A stretch of DNA of 64,000 bases from Styela clava (Eukaryota), in assembly GCF_964204865.1 (NCBI RefSeq), contig NC_135252.1, positions 20,584,001-20,648,000 of the forward strand, written 5' to 3'. A model generated the notes under the pieces. It was not told the DNA's origin. It saw only the letters and a program-made list of their open reading frames with translations, and searched no databases. Shown piece after piece: positions 13,322-26,900 of the stretch. A program made the position numbers and the translations under genes. Each line of letters starts with the position of its first letter. Position 1 is the first letter of the stretch.

Positions 13322-14145
13322 TCGTCACGCTAATAACCGAATTGCGTAAGTCATTTTTAGCAGTTTTGAGAAAAACGTAAAAAACTTCCTAATGAAATTG
13401 CTATGCCATTGAGAGTCAATAATTTGCCATGGTTGAATTTTTTGATCGTAGCCGGATTTAAGTTAATTTGTATGACGCAGTCATGTGACGTCATAATGAC
13501 GCACTGTGACTTAGGCAGAAATGTGTCTACGACTAGGGGACATACGCAATTTTGCAACTTGACTATATGTACCAGTCCTGAAAACCAAACAATCCAAAAA
13601 CGAATGTAATTCTTAGTATATACGAAGTCTAATCCCCAAAATAGCTAATCTGTTTCAATTACATTATTTTTTATGTTTAAAATATATATTTCATCAATAC
13701 AACACGCTCTGCACATCCACCGAAATAAGACTAAAGTTAAATATGAAGAATAAAACAGCGATGTACCCTTATATTAAAGCCAACCAAGGTGAATTGGACT
13801 CAGACAGTGAATATCACAAGTGCACGCCTTCCTATACTGTAGTATAAATTGAAATTTATAAGCGCTAAGCTAGAATCTGAGATGCAAAAACTCGAAAATC
13901 CTTCGCCGAGGTTATTTTGCCTTTGTGACGTCACAATAGTCATGCGTTAATAGTGATAATTCATTATGACGAAACAATTGAACAAATTTGCATATTATAC
14001 AAAATCTCTATTTTTATGGGTTTCGGAATTCTTAAAATAAAATCTGAGTTAACAGACAGGTGCGCAGCATTACATAAATACCTGTTTTATAAAAAACTCA
14101 AAACCGCCAAAAATGACTTACGCAATTCGGTTATTAGCGTGACGA
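13322..14145. mobile_element. TA-flanked MITE (Tc1/mariner-type), copy 2
   Basis: Perfect TIR TCGTCACGCTAATAACCGAATTGCGTAAGTCATTTTT / AAAAATGACTTACGCAATTCGGTTATTAGCGTGACGA, TA TSD. Confidence 0.85.
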
Positions 14146-15208
14146 TATGTTGTTTCGAAGTTAAAACCCGGAGTCAAAATTTGGGTCAATCCAGAATTGT
14201 TTGTCAAAGCCGAATTTGTTTTTTCCAATGGTTTGGACTTGTTGAAACCAAAAGTCCTGTTTTGAAATCACGCACCTTACCGTGATCTTCTGAATATAGA
14301 TCGATAAGCCTATTTTGACGGATTATAACTTTCCCGGTTTGGCATTGCCCGCACAATTTTTTACCATGGATATGGAAGATTTTAAATTGCGAGGCCAACA
14401 TAGTTAACGGTTCAACATGTGACCACCGACTCCCGACTAATAGTGAAAACTCTATTCTACCAAATGATTACAGTTGATGGTTGCTAAATTTATCATTTAC
14501 ACACAGAATTAACGCGGGACATATGGAAGTGAAGCAGTTTACGAGTTTGTAATAAGATTTTTTTTCTTAACTCTGACAAGGCGCGTGGAATCAAAAAGCG
14601 AACGATAAAATGAGACAAACTCCGCACTTTTTTTCATATAGATCATATGGATTATACATTTTCTCTCCCATTCTCTCATATTATATCTGGCATATCCGAT
14701 CGCAGGGCGTGTCACTGCCATATGTTCAGATGTTACAAGATCAAGGATTTTTTGTTTTTGTTCCAAGGTCTAACTTTCTATCTACTTCTTATATAGACGC
14801 TATTAGTATACATAAGAGTGACTAGATAGAGTTCAGTTTTACTGCTTAGCAATTTATTTTAGGCGCTAGAAAATTATGGAAATAGCTAATCTTAGATGAG
14901 AACAGTCTGTGATTGGAAAAAATTTAAAACTAATATCAGTGTATATTCTTATTCACAAAGGGGCAGCTCTAATTTAATAGGAAGCCTTGGCAATTTTCAT
15001 TTAGCTGAGTATACTTTTACATTCATTCACATCATCGTGGAGAAATCCATACATATCTATTTTATATTGAATAAAAAAAAGGTTGCACAATGACAAAATA
15101 TTTTCTTATTACAGTATTATTAATCCAGCTGTTATACATTACATTGAAAAGCTTTGACAACTGCTACGTGCCGTGGACTTCCAGAAGATTTAAAAGATAA
15201 AAAAAAGT

Positions 15209-16465
15209 ATGAGTGCAAGTGAACTGAAAGACCAACCAATCAATAATGTGACGACGTCGCTAAACGATATCCAGGTGACATTTTCACCGGGAGTTACATT
15301 TGCGAGTGCTTGTACCAATGTGGCCACAGCGAACACTTTGACCATCGGTTCTGCTTCCACTCTTAAACCGAGATTCGGCACTTTGCCAATTTCATCATTG
15401 CATGGCGCTGTTTGTTCCAACACTACATATTCTAACTGGCATTACCGAAGTTTGCCGTATTCCTCGTGCTATCCAAATTATGGCATGTATCACCCTGCAT
15501 CTCAGAATTTGTGTTGCAATTTACAACATAGAACAGCTGATCGGGCTTTTGCAACAGAAAGTGCAACTTCATCTGAAAACCTACTGCTGGAGGAACGTAA
15601 GAATAATGTAAATTTCGCTTATGAAACTGTAATTAGGTCTGTCAAGATTTTCAAGAAGGGCGACGATGTTTATAATTATATATATCAAATTGATGAGATT
15701 CTTAAGAAAACAAGAGCTCAGCGTGATCCATCTAAGGCAATTTGTTTGTGGCGACTTCTAGATGACGATATTTGCATTGAATTAAGAAAAGCCATTCCAG
15801 TTGAGTTGCAAATGAGTTCAGATGCAATTTTTTACTACTTGGTTCAATTTTGCAACGATGAACTCGAAAGACCTCTCGATGGTATGTTCAGAAGTCGCAT
15901 GCAAAAGGAAGGGGAGAGTTATCATATTTATGCCAAGGCTCTTTCCATCATAGCATATTATGGTTACGGACGAACAATAGCAACACAACTATTGTTGTGT
16001 GAGCAGTTCGTTCGTGGATTGAGAAATCAAAGAGCAAAAACTTTTCTGGAATGTTATGGTCCGTATGATGAGCCTTTCCAAATTTTTGTGAATTTTCTAA
16101 TAGAACATGCTGCTTCCAAACGTCAACTACAGGTAGATTGGGTGTCTACTGACATAGAGGCAAAGCAGAAAAAGAAACCAACGAAATCGTCCGAAAAACA
16201 GCATTACGGCGCAAAACCGAAACGGCAAAATTATCAAGGAAAACAAAATGGACGCCGAGATAAAAATCGCAACTATCGTGGACGATGGAATTACAACCAA
16301 ACCCGTTCTGGCTACAGGAATCCTGAAAGCTGTGAATATTGTGGAAAAATGAATCATACAGTTGATAGATGTTTTGCTTTGAACAATCTTTTCCGTCGGT
16401 TCGGTGATTTCAAAGTGTTTGATGCAAAATCTTCAAAGTCGGAAGTTGATAATGTTTTGATATAA
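15209..16465 (+). CDS. Retrotransposon (Ty3/gypsy-like) Gag-derived protein, 418 aa, single coding exon, with CCHC zinc knuckle; no pol
   Basis: Capsid-like motifs IFKKGDDVYNYI, RMQKEGESYHIYAKALSIIA and LLCEQFVRGLRN; basic R/N/Q-rich linker; CEYCGKMNHTVDRC (CX2CX4HX4C). In-frame stop at 15191 upstream of the ATG; splice acceptor TTTTCTTATTACAG ending at 15114. Confidence 0.85.
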   Translation: MSASELKDQPINNVTTSLNDIQVTFSPGVTFASACTNVATANTLTIGSASTLKPRFGTLPISSLHGAVCSNTTYSNWHYRSLPYSSCYPNYGMYHPASQNLCCNLQHRTADRAFATESATSSENLLLEERKNNVNFAYETVIRSVKIFKKGDDVYNYIYQIDEILKKTRAQRDPSKAICLWRLLDDDICIELRKAIPVELQMSSDAIFYYLVQFCNDELERPLDGMFRSRMQKEGESYHIYAKALSIIAYYGYGRTIATQLLLCEQFVRGLRNQRAKTFLECYGPYDEPFQIFVNFLIEHAASKRQLQVDWVSTDIEAKQKKKPTKSSEKQHYGAKPKRQNYQGKQNGRRDKNRNYRGRWNYNQTRSGYRNPESCEYCGKMNHTVDRCFALNNLFRRFGDFKVFDAKSSKSEVDNVLI

Positions 16466-17979
16466 AATCGTTCGTCAGCCACTAATATCTAACGATATTT
16501 AAAAAGATACTATTTTTGAAGGACCAAAATCTTTTTGCTTTGACATTGCCTACATATTACATTGCACCCTAGATGAGATGGGAGCATGGTAGTTATATGT
16601 AACGATATAAAAAATGCACTATTTTTCAAAAGACCTGAATTTTCCGGTTTGGTAATGCCTAATAATTTTATTGCATCCTGGATGTGATTGTTTTCTTTTA
16701 GTAATTTAACTGCGACCATAGAGAAGCATGGGCCACTTATTGATCGCAAGATTCCATCAAACTTTTCTTTTTTTAATTGAAAAAAAGGTACTAAAAGAAA
16801 CCACACTGAGTTTCAAAATTCAAAATTCAATTAGCGATTCATTGAGTTACGTGAACAAATGAGATTTCTCTTGATATCAATATCAATTGCTGGCAATAAT
16901 CACATTCTTTTTTTATAATTGGCAAGCAACACTCCCTAATACTTCGTTTTATCGCTCTTTATCAAAATATTTCACAAAAGTCTAGGGAGTAAAATATTTG
17001 AATATGTTAAATGCGGTGATATCTGGCCAAGCGTCCATAATTGAATACGGAATGATTTATTTACGAACGAACTTGTGTATTTATTCTATTTTTACGGGTA
17101 TAATTTTACCGTTTATCAGGATACCAAATTTAAACTCGGTTTTGTCTGCTAATAATCAGGCGATGCATATAATGGGGATAGAGCAGAATATGAATATGCT
17201 CACAAATGCTATTTTCGTGAACTAGTGATATACTCTCGAACAAAATATTCTCCGCTTATGAATGCTTTAAGTCGTGGGTGAGCAACCTGCGGCCCATAAA
17301 GAGAAATTGTGCGGTGCCAATTTTGAATGATTTGCCGCCCGAGACACGATTTTAGTTTAATCTGGTACGTGTGAGTTATTCCAATCCGTTTGGGTTACAA
17401 ACCGTACATCTGGGTCCAATTTATCATCTCATAACGTTAAAATGATTTTTGTGCCTAAAACTACTAGAAAGTCTAAGTCAAATAAAGATGCAGGGGATCG
17501 CGGTTTCACCCAGTCATTAGTATCTGCCCCTCCTGCATTAAATGTTGGACACACCTGCTTTAAGATGATGATAAGAGAAGATATGGGGGGGGGGGGCTGA
17601 TTATGACAAACTATTGTTGCCGGGTGTCGTTAGTTATCATGATCTTCAGCTTTGGTCTGAATATTAGTAAGCCATCCAATAAACTGGCATTTCGTTTTAT
17701 ATAATTTTGCTGCTTTAAAATGTATTAATTAAAACAGAATATGAATACTGTACTCTCACGAATACTCTTACCCGCGTGTCATAATACCAGTTTTTAACGC
17801 TGCTGACTTTGTTGATAATGAAACCATGCCACTTGCATTTTGTGGAATAATACTGATTCGTGGAATCTTATAGATGAATACTCCCTTTAGATTTACTCTC
17901 AAGCATTAAGCGAATTAGTAATTCCCACGGTCGTGAATTTTGTGCGCGCAATGACATATTCGTTGAAGCGTTATCTTTA

Positions 17980-18222
17980 TTACTTATCGATCTTTAGATT
18001 GGTAAGTATGTTGATAGGTATTTGTCTGTTTGTCTGTTAGATGCACGCGATATCTCACGAACGCGTGGTTGATTCTGCTCCAAATTTTGCATGTGCATTC
18101 ATCATATCTCGGACCAGCCTATTGATTTTGGATAAATTATGTCGTATAATTAGCGAGTTATTAATTAACACGCGGTGTTACTATAGAGTCATGAATCGAA
18201 ACCGCAATACCGATATTCTCGT
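17980..18222. mobile_element. Helentron/HINE-like element, copy 2
   Basis: Reverse complement of the 1347-1631 element, with terminal hairpin TTACTTATCGATCTTTAGATTGGTAAGTA and GTCT repeats. Confidence 0.65.
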
Positions 18223-21200
18223 TAACTGTTTTATTCAGTAACTCGAGTCCTGAAACCTAGCGTATTCGGTGCATTGGTATACCATCGCCATCTTTTCGCA
18301 TTCAAATAAAATAAGTTGGCAGATCAAATCGTACTGAATCTCGAAATAACACTTTTTTTGACAAAGAAATAAAATTAGGCCGTGAAACGAACATGAACAT
18401 GTGGGCTTCCTGCTTCATCAAAGATCAATATCCGAAACTGTCAAAAAATAATAATAACATATACCGTTTAGGTTTTGCAAAGTTACAAAAAACATTTCTT
18501 TTCGTACTATTTATGCTATGTAAGTGTTTTCAAATGTTCAATGTTTAAATGCTCCACCTACATGATTTTTGTAGCACGATGTCATCACATTTCGTATGTA
18601 TGTATGTTCCATACTTTTCACAAGTAGAGTGAATTTTTTTATTAATAAACCAATATATGTATTAGTTTTGTGTGTAACGACCATGGTTTAAGCAAAAATG
18701 CAATGGTACAAGAAATAAATGTTTTTCTAATCATACTCATACATCATTTTAAACGCCCGTTATCAAATTGTTCTACTTCTAGAATTTTACCACGCTACAT
18801 TGCACCATCTTTCTTTGCATGTTCAATGATCTTTTATAACGCTTGCTCTTGTAACGACTTATGGTTGAATCTAATACCGTTTTTCTCATCAATTTAATGT
18901 GGTAATAAAAAACTTTGTGTTTCCCAGCGTGAGATGTTTATGATTTTTGTTGTACTATAGTATATAAACACAACTATTGCGGAAACAAATTGAAATTATT
19001 TCCAATTGAACTTTTTTATTTCTGAGAGTGAAAATCTGATTTTAAAGGCCCGCCTTTTCATTGCGATAAAATCGTATAAATGTGACGTCCTTTCATTGTG
19101 CCATCAATTGTATAAATTTTGTCATTTCTTATTACTCGCTCTTATTGCTTTCAATACACATTTGCATTCGGAAAGAATGTCATCATATTGCATTTATATG
19201 CTAAGGGTACGGGATTACCAGAGTGGTTTTATAGGGCGCGTATTCGCGTTATTTTTTCCACACAAGACGCTGTAAAAACTGGCATTGGTATCTAACAATA
19301 TTTAAACTATTAGCTTTAGAAGACGCGAACACCGTGCAAGCAAACTTTAGTATTTAGCGATGTTATCGCCAATTCTGCGATTGGAAATGAGAAATTGGAG
19401 GACATGGTGTAAGGCTTTAGTTGGGTACCAAGTTTGAAGAGAAGGCAGGTTGACAAATGTGACGGAATAAAATGTTTCTATACGTCATAAAAAAGTGTTC
19501 CCACGAAAAAAAAATAAAACGCCTGAAGAAAATTTTGGATGAAAACAATGTAAATCTAATAGCCTTATAGCGATCTTCTATTAAAGAATTGGGGATTTAA
19601 AATAGATACGTCTATAGTAATTGCAAAGAAATGCGATATTTTTGCAAAAACATCAAATTAACGAAGGCTACTATATGAATCAACCTCGTGTCCAATAATA
19701 AAAAATCATATTAGCCGATAAGACTTTTTAGATACGGCGCTTTCCCCTCGTTAATGCATTAGGTAAAAGCATCAACGGATAATTATAGCCCAAATTCCCT
19801 CTTTGAGACAAACGATCTAATAAACTTAGCTCGGCGTTGGCAATACGCTTGTTGTCGCACTCTCATTATCTTGCATTATTTATCTTGCATATCTCTCATT
19901 ATTTTCAGACTCATTACCGCCATATGGTGGTTAATGTAACTGCTGGTCGGTTACGGCTTCTTCCCCCATCAAGTCCATGCTTCCGAAAACAAATAATTAA
20001 CCAATTCCATACCCGACCATGGATTGGTAACCAGATAAGAGGCCGCAGTACGTCATATAATAAAACCATGTTATATAGACTTGCTGGTCTTGGATCGTGG
20101 TATTATTAGATAATGATTCTATTTTTTCCTTTCACTTCTCACCTAAATTCTGACAAAAAATAATAAAAATTTCTTCAGCCTTTGTCCTCCGACAAGCTTA
20201 AAAAGAATGCTTTTAATAACATCTCGCAGAGTGTAAATTTCGTCACGTGCAATGTTAATCCCTGCAATTGTCGTAAAATAATTTTTAAGGAAATCGAAGC
20301 CACCGTAATCTTCCTTACTATAACACACCTGCAAATTGACTTTTGCCCTCAGGCGAAATTGCTTAATTTACAATTTAAACAGCTAGGAGAACTTTCGGCT
20401 TCAATTTTATGAGTTTTATTACTTAGTAATTCAACTTGTAACCTTTTGGCCTATGTATAAAATAGAATGCACTGCCAACAGGATCCGAAAATTTATTAAA
20501 AATTCAAGTTCAAATTGTATCGGGATTGGGTTTTAGTCAAAACATATCGCCAATGTAACTCAATACACTCGCGAGGATACTTGAATAAAAAAAGATAAGA
20601 AAGTATGTTTTACACTGGACAATGTTATTGATTGTTTGTTGAATGAATTTTTTATTCAAGATAATTATGGAGGCATTACAAAAATACTATAATAAGGTAA
20701 CCCTAATTACAAATACATTAACACAAATCATTGGAAGTATGTAAATGTGGAGCCTAAAATTCAACGCAGGCTCGAAGTCAGAGAAACTATCTCAGACACT
20801 CCTATATCGTGGAAAGCTTTGAATCGTGTTCCCAACGTTTCATGATAAATAAAGCGCAACCAGTGATAGCAAAACGATATAATTTGCCGATTTTCATATC
20901 ATGCCCTGATAAAGAAGTTCTGTGAATTGCCGGCAAATTACATCGTTTCTCTATACACCGGTTGTGCTTTATTTATCTTGAACATGGATATACCTAATGG
21001 CAATCATGCGTCATTCCATTTGTCAACTCTAACCAACTCGTAAATTGACTTTGAACTTTATTACCTTTTGTGTGTCTGTTTCCAAGAAATTATCAGAATT
21101 CATTTGTAGTTTTATAAGTGGATTCCGTGAACACTTTTAGCGCTTGTCACACTCTATAAAATTGATGGTTATTTGGATATAAAAAAGCCCATTTTAGCTG

Positions 21201-23954
21201 GAATTTCTTCACCTATTTGTGTATATATATATTTCGGGCGTCATGCAATTTTCGTATAGTTTAGCTCTTGTGCTTTTGAGATAGAAAGTTACACATAGTA
21301 AGTTTCTGTTGTTTTTAAAGCTGTATTCACGAGATCTTTTGCAATATTTTTTTTCGAAACGCATGTTTGAATACCATTTGAATTTGAGCTTCATATTAGA
21401 TAGTAGATGGGTCTAAAATCTAAATAGTGAATACATTGGGTTTCTATGTATTTTTGAAGACCGTTTTGCAATGTATATATTTCTTGCAAATAGTCTTTTG
21501 AAAACGCAATTTTGAATCTCATTTGAGGTGAGGAGATACAAAATTTTTATCTGACCATTACAGGTAAAGAAGAGTACAGCCATTATCAAAGTCTGGAGAA
21601 ATAATAGAAAACGATCTCTGTGTCTTATGGCCAAGGTCAGGATAATATCTTGGGGGAGAATTAAATTTTGGACTCTATCATGCTAATGTTCCAGTACTGA
21701 AGACAACTTTATTGATTTTAATCTAGTACGGTATACTTGTACATACTACCACACATGAGCGTAGCCAGGGAGCAAGGGGGTTGGGTTGAGGGTTCTGAAA
21801 TCATCGTTTCAAGTTACGGAAATTTACTATATATGATACAGATGGTGACCGTACATTTGAACCCACGTACATTTGAACCCATGCGTATATCCACGGGTTC
21901 AATCTATGTGCGGGTGCTAAAACCCATGGGTTAGGGTTAGTATGGGTTTAACTATCCGTGAAACAAAAAAAATTCCATAGGTGCAATAGCATACAGGTGC
22001 AATTGTCATGGGTTCAAATGTACGTGGGTTCAACTGTAATGGGACCGATACAGAAAAATGCGTTTTTTTTACATTTCAAAAGAGAAGGGGGTGGGGGGCT
22101 CCGACCCTCAAACCCCCTGGGTACACCCCCGATATTATATATCAATTTACTGATGTTATCGATATTCTTCGTTTATTGAATTAAAAGCTATATCGCTCGT
22201 GTGTTGTTCTCGAAAAGCGTTCCTAATGCTGTTGATCTAGAATTCTTAATTGTACTTACTCAATTGCGATTTTACGCTTCGTAATTACGCCTGGCGAAAT
22301 TTGCGAGTTAGAATTTCGTCGTCTGAAAGAATTGCTATAATTTTTTTTTATAAATAATCGTGATTGGAGCTCATTAATTATCTCTATTTACTTTAATTAT
22401 AATGAGAAGTAATAAATTATTTTTGCTCGATTGATCTCTCTTCCAAAATTTTTCTACTATTCTGATCTGAAGTCCTCAATTTTTGCTCAAGTGCAAATGT
22501 ACTATGTAACGTACGCATAATAAAATGTAATATTTCCAATTGCACCGTTCGTAAAAAGCACTATGAAATTCTATTATAATTAACCGTGATTTTCGTTTTG
22601 GAATTAGCAATATAATAAAAGTTGTAATCGAATTATATGCATTCACTATGATTATATTCTTAGAAGTTCAACTCGTGGTTTGAAAACATTGAAACAAATA
22701 TAATATTATGTTACTATAAACAATCATAGGGTGCTTTGGAAACTACACGCTATAAATGAAACGCGGTTAATTCGCTATTATTCAACAGTAATTGTATAAT
22801 CGTATTAATCCGTTCAGACAAGGAAAGTTTAGAAAAGGCGAAGTTCGTGCGCGATCAACTAATGCCTCTGCTTGTAACATTATCATTGGTGAATTCGCAT
22901 TACTTATATCTTGACGTTTACCAAAAAATTGTAGTGAATTTTCTGATTTGTTTTAATTTTATTACGGGCTTTTATAAATCGTTCATATAGATGTGCTAAT
23001 CCATTAACAGATATATCTAATGCATGTGAACATTTACTAAGACCCGATATGCGTTGGTTTTAGAGTGCCATAGGTGTGGTATATGATGGGCAGTCAGTTT
23101 TGTCAGTCCTGTTTAGTTTGTGAATACTTTGGCTGTAATTTAAAAGTGTCCTAAAATCAATTAATGAGATGATATGGCGATGAAGAATGACAAACAAAAC
23201 AGCGAGAATATAGTCTGATTCTGTGCATATAGTACTTTGTCTCGATCACGGGTTAGATTGACATTTTTTGGAAATTGCTCAAAGCAAAGTCCACGTAACT
23301 CACTCACTCAAAGACGAAAGAGACTGATATTTGAGTGAAGTTGTCCAGTAAAACGCTCAGAGCCCATGAAACTGCAATGAAATATAGTATAGAATTGCAC
23401 GTTATCATGTGAATACAAGAAAAAATAAGTTTTATTTATTTATCCATGACGAAACAGATCCTAGGCTAACTTAGAGAATATTATTTCAAACCATATATAC
23501 AAAGAATTAGTGTGTACTGACATTGGATTAGGTGTGATTCATAGAAGACCTCGGCATAGTATAATTGAGAGAATTGCATACTCAAGTATCGTTTAATTAA
23601 TAATTATAGAGTCCGCCGGGTTTGATAAATATATTGGCGGACAAGCAATACGCAGTCGATCGAGCAAGTTTAATAAAAACTTGTTTCGATTAAAATCAAA
23701 CCCCATTTTCAATGAAATATCGGGTCTCATTAGAATCAGGAGAGATTTAGAAAACAAAAAGAAAGTTACGTCTTCAAGTACTGAAAATTTGAGATTGGTT
23801 TCGGGTAAAGGCGATATTTCCACCACAACAGAAATCGCCCAACAATGCGAATAGTCTAGCATTCATCAGTTTATAGCATTTCAATATTCTTATATTTTTT
23901 TTTTCAGAACATTTAGCTAATATTCAATTAATTTACACCTAACTCGCTAAATTC

Positions 23955-26900
23955 ATGATGACTTTTGCAATAATGATTACCGTGTTTGTGATTTTGTTCG
24001 GTGAGTTTATATTTCATTTTACCTCTATATTGAAAGGCCAAAAAAACTAACTCGCACTGTGTATTCTGGAACATTTACAATTGATAACTAACTAATTAGG
24101 GTATGCACGCCGCCGTCATTAGACGATATGAAAGCATGGAATTCCGGAGGAAATCAAAACTATGAATCCCACTGGGGGACGTTTTTGAGCCCCAACCGTA
24201 GTAAAAAAATGTCAAACACTCAAACTTTACAACCCTATTCTGTACTACCACTAGATACGGATTAGTTACCAACTGAGCTTAAATATGGCAATAAGATACA
24301 TATTGCTATATAACACTGGCTCATCTAAGGAATCTAATGTATATATGCCGTGTGTGTAAGCGAAATCACTAAAAAATATTAAAGAGGTATTCACTACATG
24401 GATTCGGCTTGATTTTTTTATGAATCTACAAATTCGAGGTTTTCAAGACAAGAGAGATGATATGGGAATTTCGAAAAAAATTTATTTGTAAATGTTTGTA
24501 AGAAATTGATGCATTTTAAACTGGTATTTAAGAAAAGTAAACGTTTACGCTTGGATTTCGCAAGACTAACCCTCACAAATTCACTCACTTAGTGTAGTTT
24601 ATATAGACGATAGGCATATACCTTACTTGATTTATTGCAATGAAAACCGTTAATTGAAAGTAAAATATATTGCTCTTATATAGTGAACGTAGATCATTAT
24701 AATTTCATCAAAACCGAGTAATTTTCTTTGTTTTCAGCGTTCAATATCACAAGCGGCAGAAGGTTGGACACTTGGGACAAGATGCCTGAGAAGACCGTGC
24801 AATGTTTTCTTGATTGTGAGAGACCTGATAGTTGTTATCAACTAGAAGAATTGTTCAATTATGCGTATGAACGAACTGAGAATTGCACAGAATGCTTGCA
24901 TGAAAATAAATGCTGTAAGTCTGATTAAATTTCTATTTCAAGGTGAAAAAAAAACAGCATCCAGGCCTGTCTTTATCTATCTACAAGTATGCATTTGATA
25001 ATCGTATCTCAGAACCCAGATAATTTGAAACATATTCTAGAGAAAATAATGAATAACGTTCTTCCATTTTTGAAGAGATTATTAAGAAGTGTATACGGGT
25101 TTTGCCTTTATTTAGGGGTGGGGTGGAGAGGAGACTGTCACCCCAGGCAACGCAGAAACTGAGACCAAATGAACATGTTTAGATAACATGATATACGAAG
25201 TATTACTGATTATCATAATGTACAATTTTGTTTGCGCCTTCTTGCGCTAGCTTCCTCGTTACATACATGCGCGAACCGGCACGTAAACAAAAAGAAAGAA
25301 TTGACTCAAATGCCATTGTATTGATCGCTGTCGATAACCATTGTTGGTGAAGATCGAGTCATTGATCCGACTCGAGTTGGACTTGAATTATCATTTATCA
25401 AAAACTCATGAACATGTCTTGACATTAACTAATCACCAGTAAAACTTAGCCCAGTGAATGACTCGACTCCAGAGTTAACTTTTGACTCGCCACTCTGAGG
25501 TCAAGGACTTCTACCCCCCAGTAGTTTCATAATTAAATTACCCGATCCTTTCGACTAGACATATAACCTTGGGTGTCGCTGCTCGATAATCATATTTGGT
25601 TCCCCGCAGCTTTCTTTCGACAGTAAAATTGTATGATTACCACTTTTATGAATAGTGTATGTGATGTTTTTTACTGGTTGTATAAAATAAACTTGATTTA
25701 CTCAATCTTCAATATCGTGAATACCAAATACTTTACTTATCAAAATACCATTCATAGTAATAGTCTAATAACTATTTCAGCTGATGTTCATTCGCCATTC
25801 TTTCATGATTGCGTTCTTCATTCTCATTCAAAATGTTTGGATACTTGTGACCTCACAATAGAAGCAGCTCTACGGTTACAAACATGCCATAACTGCCGAA
25901 GAAACTGCATGGAACCAGGCAAGTGCACAAAGTTTTATTCCTTCTATTTTGGGTTTTGACCGCTACAAGGATTTACTGCATATATCAAAAAGCGTCAGGC
26001 ACGACGATTTGAATTGCACTATGTGGCAGAAACGCGCGTGCTGAATTCCTTACGTCAGTGGTCCCCAAGCCCAAGCTCTTGTGATCTGTGGCCTCTTATA
26101 ATAACATTACCACTTGAGGCGCTCCCGATCATTTTAAAAAGTATCTAGTTTTGCTTCTTGGCGGTTTGAGCAGTTACTTTATGCGCCGAGTTAAATAAAA
26201 ATCCAACAAGCGAGAGCAAAAGAATATACACTTCACGATCAGAGAATTAAACTACTCGCGATCAATTTGTTTAATTAATGTTACCCGCCTACCTGTACCC
26301 TATTGCAATCTGTAACCTATGAACTCAATCCGTCTTTCCACAGACCTAGAGATATTGTTGGAAGTGACATCGAATTGTCTGGAAGGATGCAAAAGCAAAT
26401 ATTCATGCGCTCCTGAACCTGATGCAATCTGCAACCACAAGATTCTTGAGAGATGCCGTAAGTTTATTGTCATAAACTTTTTATACGACCCATTTTATAT
26501 GTCTTTTACTTTGAAAAACGCCGCCGTCATAGTTAGGAGCTATATTAAAGTTTGAGAGGAACAAAGGACCTCCTGAAGTATGCGCACCAAGATGGCGCAC
26601 AACCTGAACTTAGGTTGTGTACCAGGTTAGGGTTCAGGTTATGCGACATCTTGGTGCGCATACTTCCGGAGTACCGGAACACAATCATTCCGGTTCGGCA
26701 TTGCCTAACCATTTTATTATACCTTGTTCGAGGTAATTGATGTAACTTTAATTCAGTGGTCCCAGCGTCTTTAATATATTCCTCCATTTACATGCTTAAA
26801 AAAACTCTTCATTTCCCCCTCCCTGTATGTGTGAACACTCTGTTTTAGTTTGTTTTCCAATCATTAATGTATCGTCAGCTTCTGATACACACGCTTCGCA

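Noticed and set aside
14150-17270. LTRs, PBS or pol remnants around the gag ORF
   Set aside because: No direct repeats, primer-binding site or protease/RT motifs found by eye; a computational check is still needed.
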